A stretch of 25,255 bases of DNA from Octopus sinensis (GCF_006345805.1 NW_021836113.1:1-25255), one strand, 5' to 3'; positions 1 through 13,766 are shown, counted from the first letter of the stretch. Notes: generated from the letters alone by a model not told the origin. Numbers and translations: made by a program.

Positions 1-141
1 GCAGCTCCGAGAAATCTAGAATTGAAGCAAGAAAAATCATCTCTCCTCGGTGCCACCGGCACCAAGGAGCGGCGAGTCATGCCACAAAGAGATCGAGGGT
101 TCTGGCATAGAGTCGACCAGCTGACAACTTCCAATCCCTAT
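1..141 (+). CDS. Candidate coding exon (5' end outside window), product unknown
   Basis: Unique, GC-richer sequence. Only frame +1 is open across 1-141 (AAPRNLELKQEKSSLLGATGTKERRVMPQRDRGFWHRVDQLTTSNPY). It is followed by GTGAGC at 142-147 and then AT-rich sequence. No domain recognised. Confidence 0.3.
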
Positions 142-388
142 GTGAGCGGGTTGCTCATATTTCTTTCGTGTACTAAATCTTTAACCTGTCTTAATATATT
201 AAATTACATTTTTATCTCACTCCAATCCAAGTTTTTTTACAACCTGTTTTGAATGACAAATTTTATCCTGTATGCAGGCCTGCATGTGATGAATAGAGAA
301 ACGATTATTATTGTCCCCCTCATCCTTCGCCCTGATGGCAAATAAATGAAATCATTATAATTATCGTTGTTGTTGTTGTTGTTATCAT

Positions 389-1608
389 GGTGGTGAGATG
401 GCAGAATCGTTAGCACGCCGGTCAAAATGCTTAGCGGTATTTCGCCCGTCACTACGTTCTGAGTTCAAATTCCACCGAAGTCCACTTTGCCTTTCATCCT
501 TTCAGGGTCGATAAATTAAGTACCAGAACACTGTGGTCGGTGTAATCAATAAATTCCTTCCCCTAAAATGGCTGTCCTTGTGGCAAAATTTGAAATCATT
601 CATATTATTATTGTTACCTGAACGGCGAACTGACAGAATCGTTAGCACGCCGGGCGAAATGCTTAGCGATATTTCGTCTACCGCTACGTTCTGAGTTTGG
701 CTTTCATCCTTTCGGGGTCGATAAATTAAGTACGAATTGAGTACTGGAGTCGATGTGATCGACTGTCCCCCTCCCCACAAAATCCAGGTTTTGTGTCTAT
801 AGTAGAAAATATTATGCTTAGCGGTATTTCTTCCGATTTTAATTTCTGAGTTCAAATTTCTCTCTGGTCCAATTTTTGCTTTTTTTTTTTTGTGGTTGAT
901 AAAATAATTGCCAGTTTATCACTGGGATCGGTGTAATTTACTTTTCTAGTCCCTACAAGATTTCAAGCCTTGTGCCTTTGTTAGAAAGAATTATTGCAAT
1001 TATTAAAAGCTATCACTTAAGACAGTGAGCTGGCAGAATCGTCAGCATGCTTGGCGGTATTTCGTCTGCCGCTACGCTCTGAGTTCAAATTCCGCCGAGG
1101 GTCGATTAAATAAATACTAGTTACACACTGGGGTCGAAATAATCGACTTAATCCGTTTGTCTGTCCTTGCTTGTCCTCTCTTTGTTTAGCCCCTTGTGTG
1201 TAGTAAAGAAATAGGTATTTCGTCTGCCGTTACGTTCTGAGTTCAAATTCCGCCGAGGTCGACTTTGCCTTTCATCATTTCGGGGTCAATAAATTAAGTA
1301 CCAGTTACGCACTGGGGTGGATATAATCGACTCAATCCGTTTGTCTGTCCTTGTTTGTCCCCTCTATGTTTAGCCCCTTGTGGGCAATAAAGAAATAAGA
1401 ATCGTTAGTACGCCGAACAGAGAGCTTAGTGACATTTTGTCAGTCTTTACGTTCAGAGTTCAAATTCCGTCGAAGTCGACTTACTTTGCTGTTCATCCTT
1501 TCAGGGTCGATAAAATGACCACTAGTAGAGCACTTGTGTTTATGTAATCGGCTAGCTATCTTATCCCAAAATTCAGGCCTTATGTCTATAGGAGAAAGAA
1601 AGAATTAT
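389..1608 (+). mobile_element. Head-to-tail array of six copies/fragments of a tRNA-derived SINE (family 1)
   Basis: Approximate copies: 389-600, 621-815, 816-995 (decayed), 1021-1213, 1214-1397, 1398-1608. Shared head GGCGGCGAGCTGGCAGAATCGTTAG (A-box-like TGGCAGAATCG), B-box-like GAGTTCAAATTCC and core GCCTTTCATCCTTTCGGGGTCGATAAATTAAGTACC. The 3' tails differ between copies. Confidence 0.9.
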
Positions 1609-2139
1609 CAGAAGTAATCCCACTTACTAAGTTATTTTATAAGAGGATACACGATATATCAAGTACTGGCATTTTTACAGACTCTCTCTTGAAAAAAAAA
1701 AATTAAAAATAAAAAACAAAGAAAAAATACAAAAGTTGATGTATATGATACGAATTTCTCACTATAAACCAAAAAATTTGTCGTTCATTTTTCTCCAGAC
1801 TGTTCAGTACTTTATCACTGACCTATATACCCTATTGGCAAAGTTTTCTAGTTAAGCAAAAAATAAAAATAAAAAAAATAATAATAGATAATAGTAAAAG
1901 ATATGAAGATGCATAGAAAAGAAATCTTTTCGTGTCCATTGCATTTAATAGGTTTCCAACACGTAAACTGTAAACCGAGAAATGTAAGAAACGACTTTAT
2001 TCAATTGACCACTGTAACTTTATTTAGATAAAAGCTATATAATAAAAAAGATTTTATTACTTACGCCACACTATTTAGAGATGATATTGAACAAATGTGT
2101 ACGTAGGTACGTGTATACGTGTGTGTGCGTGCCTGTGTG

Positions 2140-3172
2140 TATGTATGTATATATATATATATCTATATATATATAGATATATATATATATATATATATAT
2201 ATATGGAGAAGCAAGACTTCTATTATATATATATATAATATATATATAAACAGATGCTGCTAAAGGGAGTGAATATATCAATCCAGACACGACTGTGGAC
2301 TCCTCGGCGCGGTTTTTTATGGTTTTTTTTTTTGTTATTGCTGCTTTTTTGGGGGGGAGTTTTGGATTGTTTTGTATGTTTAGTTATATTTTGTTTACTA
2401 TTTGCATCATCGTCGTCCATCTTGTTATGTTCCTTCTACCTCCTTATGTGCCACAAATTCTTCTATAACTCCTTTTCCTTCCTTTTCTTCTTCTTCTTCT
2501 TCTTCTTCTTCTTCTTCTTCTTTTTCTTCTTCTTTTTTCTTCTTCTTCGTCTTCTTCTTCTTCTACTTTCGCATTCATTACCAGCATATTGGTCAAAACG
2601 ACAGATATATTATGCGTTTTTCTAAGAACGTAATTTAAAATTCATGGAAAACGATGAAAGAAATATAATAGATATAAATGCTTGTGATGATAAAAACACT
2701 TTTATAGATTTGCTCAATAGAATATCATACTAGGTTTTCATATTTATTCTGGCTATCTCTTATGTGTAAGTTAGTATCGGGGTTTTTTTTTTTAAGTGGT
2801 CACAAGGACATTCTTTAATAAATAAAAAAAAAAAGACTGTATATATATACACACACACATATTCACCTACAGAAATAAACACGCAAAAGTACAGATATTT
2901 GCATATATATATATAATATATATTATATAATATATATATTATATATATATATATATTATAGATAGATATATAGATTATGTATGTATGTATGTATGTATGT
3001 ATGTATGTATAGGTGGTAGGTATATACATCTCTCTCTTGCATATTACATATATCTATAATCTACATATATATATATAAAGAAGAGAGAGAGATGTATATA
3101 TCTAATATATATACACATAATTATTTATATATATCTATATATATATATTATATATATATATATATATATATC
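2140..3172. repeat. Microsatellite zone: (TA)n, (CTT)n at about 2478-2563, (TATG)n
   Basis: Directly visible simple repeats; they explain the poly-F/poly-S/IY ORFs in the track. Confidence 0.95.
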
Positions 3173-3388
3173 AGTAGCAATTATATAAAGTTAGGAAATT
3201 GAAAGGCATGAAACAGCAGAAGAATGGCTAAAGTTTTGCTGAAAGCAGAAACCGTACTGCACTCAACCTATATGGTTCAAAGGAGTTTAAAACCTAATAC
3301 TTCACAGGGAGACAGGACCAAGAGGTAACAGAGTAAGTAATAATATAGAAATACTATGTACAATACATACATATATATTGTATATATG

Positions 3389-3430
<42 letters not shown>

Positions 3431-3820
3431 CAGAGAATGAAAACGCTAAAGAGAAAAAGAGACAGATAGAGAGAAGGACGAGGGAGTAAGCAAGCAAGCA
3501 GTCTTGCCTATAGTTCAGTTGTTCAGTTCAGTTAGTCAACATTAATTCAAAGATCGTGGCACAATATTAGCTAAAGGGCGAGGAATGATAGTTAAGATGC
3601 ATTAACCTGTCTGAAGAACTGATTCAAATTGGATAGCAGCAACATCAATACATTGCCATACCGTCTCTTTCCCTCCTCTCCCTCTCTTTCTCTCCCTCTC
3701 CCCTTCAACTCCTAACTCTCCCTGTGCTTCTCTCTCTCTCTCTTTCTCGCTCGCTCTTTCTCATTATCCTTCTCTCTCACTTATCACAACTAACAATTTT
3801 TACAGTTTTTCGTTCTACAG

Positions 3821-3846
3821 ATTTCAAATGAATATGTCATTGCATG
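3821..3846 (+). other. Candidate 26-nt exon
   Basis: CTAAC branch-point-like motif at 3790-3794, TTTTTCGTTCTACAG acceptor ending 3820, ATG|GTGCGT donor at 3847, long upstream pyrimidine tract (3661-3780). Open in phase 0 (ISNEYVIA). Confidence 0.25.
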
Positions 3847-3984
3847 GTGCGTCGTTGTATGGTTGTGTGTTGTTTTGAGTCTTGTGAAAGTATCTTTCTT
3901 TGCATGCGTATATGCGTGTGTACAAGTTTAGGAAATTATTTTCGTATATATGGTATGCGTGTGTTCCATGAAATTAGGTTTGCA

Positions 3985-4247
3985 TGTTAGTATACATACA
4001 TACATACATACTTACATATATATGTGTATATATATATATACATACATATATATAAATATAGGTATATATATATATATATTATATATTATATATATATATA
4101 TAATATATATATATATATAATATATCATGAAGTATTTGGCCAGAGATCTATTATATATATATATATATATACATACATACAATTCACATACATATATATG
4201 TGTATATATATATATATACAAACATATATGTATATAAATAAATATAT

Positions 4248-4284
<37 letters not shown>

Positions 4285-4323
4285 CGTGAAGTATTTTGGC
4301 CAGATATTTATCATATATACATA

Positions 4324-4362
<39 letters not shown>

Positions 4363-5200
4363 TATGCTATATGCGGTGGCGTATTCTATGAATGTGCGTT
4401 TGCACGTGCGTGTATATGAGCAATACTTGTCTTTGTAATTGCTTACATATATGTGCGTGTGCATGTATAATGATTTTTCGGGAAAAGTGTATTTGCATAT
4501 ACGTATGTGTGTGAGTGTGTGCGTGTGATTGTGTGTGCGTGCGTTTGATTTCTATGAGAGTATCTTTGGATCAGTAATATGCTTAAATGTGCAAGTGTTT
4601 GTACGCGCGCGCGTGTGTGTATCTTTGGAAGTATTTCTGCATACTTAACTTATGTATGGTGCTGGTGTGTGTATGTGTGCATGTGTGCATGTGTGTATGT
4701 GTGGGTGTATGTGTGTGTGTGTGTTGTCAATGGAAACATATCCGCATGTGGGCGTGCATATGTATGCATATGTACGTATACAAAATGTCAATACAAGTAC
4801 GTATGAATGAACGCATGTGTGCGTTTGTGTATGTACGTGTATGTAAGTGCATGTGTATGCGAGTGTGTATTTGTGTATGTGTGTGTGCATGATTGCTATG
4901 GAAGTATATCTGCATGTGTGCGCGGTGTGTGTCTGCTTGTGAGTATGTTTATATGTGTATACACTTGATTTCTCTAAAGTATTTATGCATGTACATTCGC
5001 CTGTATGCATATATATACGCATGTATATATATATGTATATATATATATGTATGTATATATATATCATGTATATACATATATATATACATGTATGTATATG
5101 TATATATATATATATATACATACATATATACATGTATGCATATATATATGTATGTATGTATGTATGTATATGTATGTATGTATATGTATATATATGCGCG
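3985..5200. repeat. (TA)n/(TG)n/(TATG)n low-complexity block
   Basis: Directly visible; source of the many YI/CV/HT ORFs. Confidence 0.95.
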
Positions 5201-5242
5201 TGGTATCTTTGAGAGTATATTTACATATGTTCCTTTAACTAT

Positions 5243-5320
5243 CTCCGTTGACGTTCTGAGTTCAAATTCATACAAAGTTGGTTTCGCTTTCCTTTCGACA
5301 GGGCTCGAGAATATAAAGAA
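5243..5320 (+). mobile_element. Decayed fragment of SINE family 1
   Basis: GACGTTCTGAGTTCAAATTC followed by a degenerate core. Confidence 0.6.
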
Positions 5321-5469
5321 CCAATCAAGAACCGTTTCATAAAGTGGGTTTCCTGAAAAGAATTGTATGGCTCGAAGATAAACGGGTTTTTTTTAAATAT
5401 TTGCATTCAAATACTTATGATATATAAAATATATATATTCACTAGCTTAGCTTTTATTTGTTTCAGTCT

Positions 5470-5570
5470 TTAGACTCAGGCCATGCTGGGGCACCGCCTT
5501 GAAAAATTTTATTTTTTTCTAAAGCTTGGTACTTATTCTGTCGGTCTCTTTTGCCGAAGCCCACTATGAT
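5470..5570 (-). mobile_element. 3' fragment of SINE family 2
   Basis: GCCATGCTGGGGCACCGCC...GGTACTTATTCTGTCGGTCTCTTTTGCCGAA matches 12707-12780 and the reverse complement of the 22490-22570 region. Confidence 0.65.
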
Positions 5571-5815
5571 ATGGTAAACTTTCAGATCCCAGTCTAGATT
5601 GCGAATCTTCTGTACCCCAGGATGGTTCAGCTCTCCACCCGTTAAAAGCCACCGTTTACGAAATGAGGATAACAACACAGCTTTCGCGCTCGTGCAACCG
5701 CCAGACTATCGCGTGTGGTGGGTGGATCTTGAAGTTGCCACACGCATTCTTAGTAGCTTAGAGTAGGCTCGAATTAGAGATATTCTTTTGTGGTTAATGG
5801 CGTAAGTCCTGATTG

Positions 5816-5895
5816 GAAGAAGAAGAAGAAGAAGAAGAAGAAGAAGAAAGAAGAGAAGAAGAAGAAGAAGAAGAAGAAGAAGAAGAAGAAGAAGA
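5816..5895. repeat. (GAA)n microsatellite
   Basis: Directly visible. Confidence 0.95.
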
Positions 5896-6219
5896 CAGCA
5901 GCAGTAGCAACCACATCATCAACTATAGTTTTTAAGCACTTCTATACCCCAATATAACATGACTGAAAGATTTTTTTAAATAATTACCTAGCTTTATTAC
6001 AATTTTCATCAATAGACCGAGATTAGTTTTACTGATCCTTACTTAATACAACGATGGTTCAAGCAAATACTGCAGCTAACTGATAATATATCTCGACGCT
6101 GTGAGCCAGTGATAAAAGTACAATAATGCGAGCCACTGATCCGAGATTAGTCACGAAAGCTTCTGAACCGAGCTCAATAATTGAAAGCTGCTAGTCCGAA
6201 TTCAGTTCTCCGGTTTACT

Positions 6220-6453
6220 AAAGGCGGCGAGCTGGCAGAAACGTTAGCACGCCGGGCGAAATGCGTAGTCGTATTTCGTCTGCCGTTACGTTCTGAGTTC
6301 AAATTCCGCCCAGGTCGACTTTGCTTTTCATCCTTTCGGGGTCGATAAATTAAGTACCAGTTACGCACTGGGGTCGATAAAATCGACTTAATCCGTTTGT
6401 CTGTCCTTGTATGTCCTCTGTGTGTTTAGCCCCTTGTGAGTAGTAAAGAAATA
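6220..6453 (+). mobile_element. Full-length SINE family 1, tail A, with 8-bp TSD
   Basis: Complete head, core and tail (...AGCCCCTTGTGAGTAGTAAAGAAATA). GGTTTACT flanks both sides (6212-6219 and 6454-6461). Confidence 0.95.
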
Positions 6454-6849
6454 GGTTTACTGATCAGAATTCATTTCTACACGCTGGTGATCCAGTCTTA
6501 AGACATCAAGGTCCTAACTTATAATGTGATCTACCAGTCCGAAATAAATGATGCGATTTACTGATCTATACTTAATAATGTATGTTATAGCTAATTCAGT
6601 ACTGTGTAATAATGATGATCCGAACGATGATAAAATTTGCTTTACAACTGAGGCAATATTTAATTAAATTAGCCATCTACGCATCATACTTGATGTATGC
6701 ACACTGTTGACTGGCTACTTACTGCAGTATTTGTCCTGCGATAACACATCCTGCGTATTTGTTCTGTTAAAAATACAATAAACATCAGAGAGAGAGAGAG
6801 GTGGGGAGAGACAGACAGACAGACAGACAGACAGAAAGACAGACGAAAC

Positions 6850-7065
6850 ACTGTCCCAGCAGCGACCAACGAGAGGGCCTAATTCATTTCGCTCTTTCTC
6901 GACTTTTTCAATGGCGCGTTCTCGCAGCTAGTAACATATACGGGCGAGAATTCATTAACTTGGATATAGGGGAAAACTGATTAAATGAGACGACAAATCC
7001 TCGTCCGAACACGTAGCTGCAAGTGAGGGCCATTAAAACAGGGCTCTCACTGGCCATTGCCGGTA
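6850..7065. promoter_or_regulatory. Candidate cis-regulatory island (homeodomain-type cores, CpG-containing) between GA/CT repeats
   Basis: Unique, GC-richer sequence with CCTAATT, CATTAAC, TGATTAAAT and GGCCATTAAAA. Flanked by (GA)n at about 6788-6810 and (CT)n at about 7070-7143. Motif-only evidence. Confidence 0.25.
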
Positions 7066-7254
7066 CGAACTCTCTCTCTCACTCTCTCTCTCTCTCTCTC
7101 ACTCTCTCTCTCTTCTCTCTCTCTCTCTCTCTCCCGCTCTCTCTTATATTTATTGTGTTTTTAAACACAGCTAGTCTGTAAGACCCGATATCTCAGGACA
7201 AACACTGCAATAACCGACTGGCTGTAAATATTAAATAGATGCATATTTTTATAA

Positions 7255-7448
7255 TGTTCCAAAGTTTGGTACAAGGCCGGTAATTTTAGAAGGAGTGGAT
7301 AGTTGATTACATTGATATCCGGTCCGCGACTGGTACTTTATTTCATCGCACAGCTAACCTCGGCGAGATTTGAATTCAGAACGTAAAGAGCTGGAAGTAA
7401 TGCCGCTAAGCTTTTTGTCCGACACGCTAACGATTCTGCCAGCTCGCC
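7255..7448 (-). mobile_element. Diverged SINE family 1 copy with internal deletion
   Basis: Reverse complement of the head (...CTAACGATTCTGCCAGCTCGCC) and B-box (GATTTGAATTCAGAACG), with a C-type tail remnant (GTACAAGGCC). Confidence 0.85.
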
Positions 7449-7787
7449 AGCGATGACAACCTCAGAAATCTACGATAACCTCAAAAACCTATAATAGCAA
7501 CAACAACAACAACAAAACATGAAGAACATGAAAAAAACAAGCAACAAGCCGAACAATATTAATAACAACTTTTATTACCAGAAGATAATGCTAAAAAAAA
7601 TAACACCAGCAACAACAAAAATGACAAAAGAAATACTAGCAAAATCAACAAAAACAAGATCAATAACAATAGCAAGGACAACAACCATAACAACAAAATC
7701 ATTAAGAACATTAAGTAGTTAAAAATCGCCTCCATCATAATCCGCCATAACATTTTAAAATGGCGTTCTAATTGCCATCTATTCCAG

Positions 7788-7799
7788 TTTGAGAAACAG
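7788..7799 (+). other. Candidate 12-nt microexon TTTGAGAAACAG
   Basis: CTAAT at 7768-7772, TGC at 7773-7775, CCAG acceptor ending 7787, consensus CAG|GTAAGT donor at 7800. Length is a multiple of 3. Confidence 0.35.
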
Positions 7800-8089
7800 G
7801 TAAGTGTATTTCCGATGTTATCAGATGAACGAAGCGATGATATAAATATGTTATTTCACAGTAAATAGCATTTTTTTAAATTTGTTTATTTGTTTAGTTT
7901 TAATTTTTTATTTTTTTTTTTATTCGGGGGTCTGTTTCAGTGTTTGTTTATATTTAAATTTTGTTCTTTTATGCGTATGTTCTTTTTTATTCTGTTAATT
8001 TTTGTTAATGTTCGCAAGCTTCAATAGACTTTAAAAATACATCCTCAGAAAATACTTTATCTCCTGAAGATACGCTAAAATATAGGTAC

Positions 8090-10450
<2,361 letters not shown>

Positions 10451-11078
10451 ATTTGTTTGTTTGTTAGAGTGTTTGTTCTCCCTCATATTCATTTCAAAAC
10501 ATGCGCTGTTATTTTTGCTGGGGTTTTATTGCTTTTTTTTTTTTCAAATTGAAACTTAGCCATAAAAAAAAAAGAATCAAAAACCATAAAACAAAAATAT
10601 CTAGACAAAAGTTTTTAAAAAATAAACAAGAACGAATACTATTCACGTTGTCACATAGATACACTTACGTTTCACTAAAGAGTGTCACACACGAATTTGC
10701 ATATCTAGTAAACCGTTAGGAGTTTTGTTTTATTGTTTTTGTGTTGTTTTTTTTTTGTTTTTTTTTATCTTGCTTTGTTGTTAAGGATGAGGATGAAGGT
10801 GGTGGTGGTGGTGGTTCTAGGTTTTTTTGTTTTGTTTTGTTTTGTTTTTATATTGATGTTCCTGCTGTTATATTAACCAATGAATCGATCGATCAATCAA
10901 TGAAACGAACCAACCAGCCAACCAACCAGCAAGTCAACCAACCAACCAGCGAACCGACGCTCAAAATAAATAAAAAAATAAAGCAAAATATAACGAAAAG
11001 AACAAAAACAGAAACTAAACAAAAAAAAGTCATTTAAAAAAAAGTTTACATGAAATTAAACCAAAAAAAGTAAAGAAA

Positions 11079-11166
<88 letters not shown>

Positions 11167-11339
11167 GAAAAAAGAAAGGAAAGGAAACATCAACAGAAAT
11201 TAAAACAGGAAGTCGTCTAAATTATTGTCTCCATTAAATATCTGCCGTCATTGATGTCGGTTTAGAAGGCATCAAATATATGCTTACCATGGACACGTAC
11301 AGAACTGTGACTTCATTATTATTTAACATTATCATTCAT

Positions 11340-11385
11340 CTCTATTATTATTTCTGTTCATTATTATTATCATTATCATCATCAC

Positions 11386-11418
<33 letters not shown>

Positions 11419-11652
11419 TCATCATCATCATCGTCATCATCATCATCATCATTATCGTTAACATTATTACTATTACTACCGCTTTTGCAAATATTAATAC
11501 CAAAACTACCGCCATTACCACTACAACTACTACATTATTTTATTATTATAGCCACAATTACATCTATAATTATTATTTTATATTCTTATCATTATTATCG
11601 CTATTATTAAAAACTGGTATTTTTACTACTGCTATCATCATCATCATCATCA

Positions 11653-11710
<58 letters not shown>

Positions 11711-11900
11711 CATTATTATTATTATTATTAATATTATTATTATTATTTCTGTTGTTATTACTATATCATTATTAGGTGACAAACTCGTATTACTATTTTT
11801 ATTATTATTATTACTATTTTGCTGTATTATTATTATTATATTATTATTATTATTATTATTATATTATTATTATTATTATTATTATTATCATCATCATTTG
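11340..11900. repeat. (ATT)n/(ATC)n trinucleotide tract
   Basis: Directly visible; accounts for the 232-aa poly-I/L/Y/S ORF 11280-11978. Confidence 0.95.
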
Positions 11901-12370
11901 CTTGTCTATGTACGTCTGGTGATGATTCAGCGGTCTATTAAATTTTATTTCACCTGCTCAGATCACCTAATCTGCTGACTGTTTCATTTAATTTCAGTCA
12001 CATGCTTTATAAAAACAAACAAAAAAAATAAACAAAATGAAAAACAAACAAGACAAAAAGTAATAAAAGAATTTTTAAAAGTCTGCTACGATGAAAACGC
12101 GATGCGCATTGAATAATAATTACAAACAGAAAATTGTGATTACAGACAAATTGTGAGATGAGTCGTTGTGACCGATAGACTAAGATGGTGTCGAATTTTC
12201 AAATAGAATGCTTAAAGTTCGGATTACATTCTCCGTTGAGAATTTTGATACTCCTTGTACAACATTCTGTCGAAATTTATAGGAAACATCATCTCCCCAC
12301 TTCTCTAGTTACAAATCAAGAGAGAAACGTAGAAGAATCCATTTCACAATGGTATGAAATATCTAATTTA

Positions 12371-12603
12371 AAAGGCGGCGAGCTGGCAGAAACGTTAGCA
12401 CGCCGGGCGAAATGCTTAGCGGTATTTCGTCTGCCACTACGTTCTAAGTTCAAATTCCGCCGATGTCGACTTTGCCATTCATCCTTTCGGGGTCGATTAA
12501 ATAAGTACCAGTTAAGCACTGGGGTCGATATAATCGACTTAATTTGTTTGTCTGTCCTTGTTTGTCCCCTCTGTGTTCAGCCCCTTGTGGGTAGTAAAAA
12601 ATC
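12371..12603 (+). mobile_element. Full-length SINE family 1, tail A, with 20-bp TSD
   Basis: GGTATGAAATATCTAATTTA at 12351-12370 and 12604-12623 flanks a complete copy. Confidence 0.95.
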
Positions 12604-12699
12604 GGTATGAAATATCTAATTTATTTGAAATTTATAAAGAATTTGGGAAATTTTCGCTCTCTTTTATCGTTCCTTTTTTTTTTTTTTTTTTTGTCATTG

Positions 12700-13105
12700 A
12701 ACCGCAGCCATGCTGGAGCACCACATTGGAGAATCGACCTCCCCCACTACGTATTTTATCGGTCTCATTTGTCGAACAGTTAAGTTACGAGTTCGTAAAC
12801 AAACTAACATCGGTTGTCTAGTGGTGGTCGGATCCAACACAAGCAGAAAAACATACACCTACAAACATACAAACAAACATAAATACATACATACACACAC
12901 ATTCACATACATACATATATACACACATACACACACATATTTATATACTGCGGAATTTCAGTCACATATTTATATACTGCGGAATTCCAGTGTCACTCAT
13001 AAGGCACTAGTCGGCCGAAGTTATAGAAGATATTTACTGTGGGATTGAACCCGAAGCAACGTGACTGGAAAGTGAGAGTCTTCACCCTAAAGTCATGCCT
13101 GCGCC
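12700..13105 (-). mobile_element. SINE family 2 (tRNA-like head, internal CA/TA microsatellite)
   Basis: Minus strand begins GGCGCAGGCATG; B-box GGGTTCAATCCC (13041-13052). The body matches the + copy at 22257-22600, with a variable microsatellite in the middle. Confidence 0.8.
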
Positions 13106-13170
13106 TATAGTTATAGTTCTGTACATGTTATGCAAAAGAGCAGATAACAAACTGAAGGCGCATCCCCAGT

Positions 13171-13315
13171 AGGCGAGAGGCCTAGTGGTTATGAAGTTGC
13201 GCTCACAATGATAAGGTCGCGGTTTCGATTCCTGGACCGAGTGATACATTGTTTTCTTGAGCAAGGCACTTTTTACACGTTGCACCAGTTTATTCAACAA
13301 AAAATTGTATACGAA
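13171..13315 (+). mobile_element. SINE family 3 5' part (tRNA-derived)
   Basis: A-box AGGCCTAGTGG (13178-13188), B-box GGTTTCGATTCC (13221-13232), followed by the non-tRNA body TTCTTGAGCAAGGCACTT. It does not fold as a complete tRNA. Confidence 0.75.
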
Positions 13316-13347
13316 CCAGGCGTTCTCTCTCTCTCTCTCCCTCTCCC

Positions 13348-13384
<37 letters not shown>

Positions 13385-13460
13385 ATTGTTACATCCTCGA
13401 TATTCCGCTCGATCAGCGATAGAGGGATTGAAAGTGTATCTGTCTATTCGCGACTAAATA

Positions 13461-13688
13461 TATTTCTTTACTACCCACAAGGAGCTAAACACAGAGGGGA
13501 CAAACAAGGACAGACAAACGGATTAAGTCGCTTATATCGACACCAGTGCGTAACTGGTACTTAATTTATCGACCCCGAAAGGATGAAAGGCAAAGTCGAC
13601 CTGGGCGGAATTTGAACTCAGACGTAACGGCAGACGAAATACCGCTAAGCATTTCGCCCGGCGTGCTAACGTTTCTGCCAGCTCGCCA
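13461..13688 (-). mobile_element. Full-length SINE family 1, tail A
   Basis: Reverse complement of the consensus seen at 6220-6453. Confidence 0.95.
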
Positions 13689-13766
13689 TAGCCACCTAAA
13701 ACAATTAGCTAAAGCTGGGTACATTCTACCAACTCATACTCGCTTGCGAGTAACGTTTATGCTTAG

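Noticed and set aside
3308-3332. Possible small exon (CCTAAT...CACAG| with GTAACA or GTAAGT donors)
   Set aside because: Lengths of 17 or 25 nt, ambiguous donors and no supporting context.
5621-5801. GC-richer segment after a CCCCAG acceptor with protein-like frames
   Set aside because: All frames hit stops before the GTAAGT at 5802, and it is incompatible with neighbouring candidate phases.
7519-7722. 67-aa K/T/N-rich ORF
   Set aside because: Degenerate (AAC/AAT)n low-complexity tract.
11280-11978. Longest ORF (232 aa, poly-I/L/S/Y)
   Set aside because: Translation of (ATT)n/(ATC)n, which lacks stops in one frame; no domain.
11919-11980. GTGATGA...CTGA resembling a C/D snoRNA
   Set aside because: No terminal stem and no recognisable rRNA guide; short motifs are expected by chance.
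13171-13245. Possible tRNA gene
   Set aside because: A and B boxes are present, but there is no acceptor stem or terminator and it continues into a SINE body.
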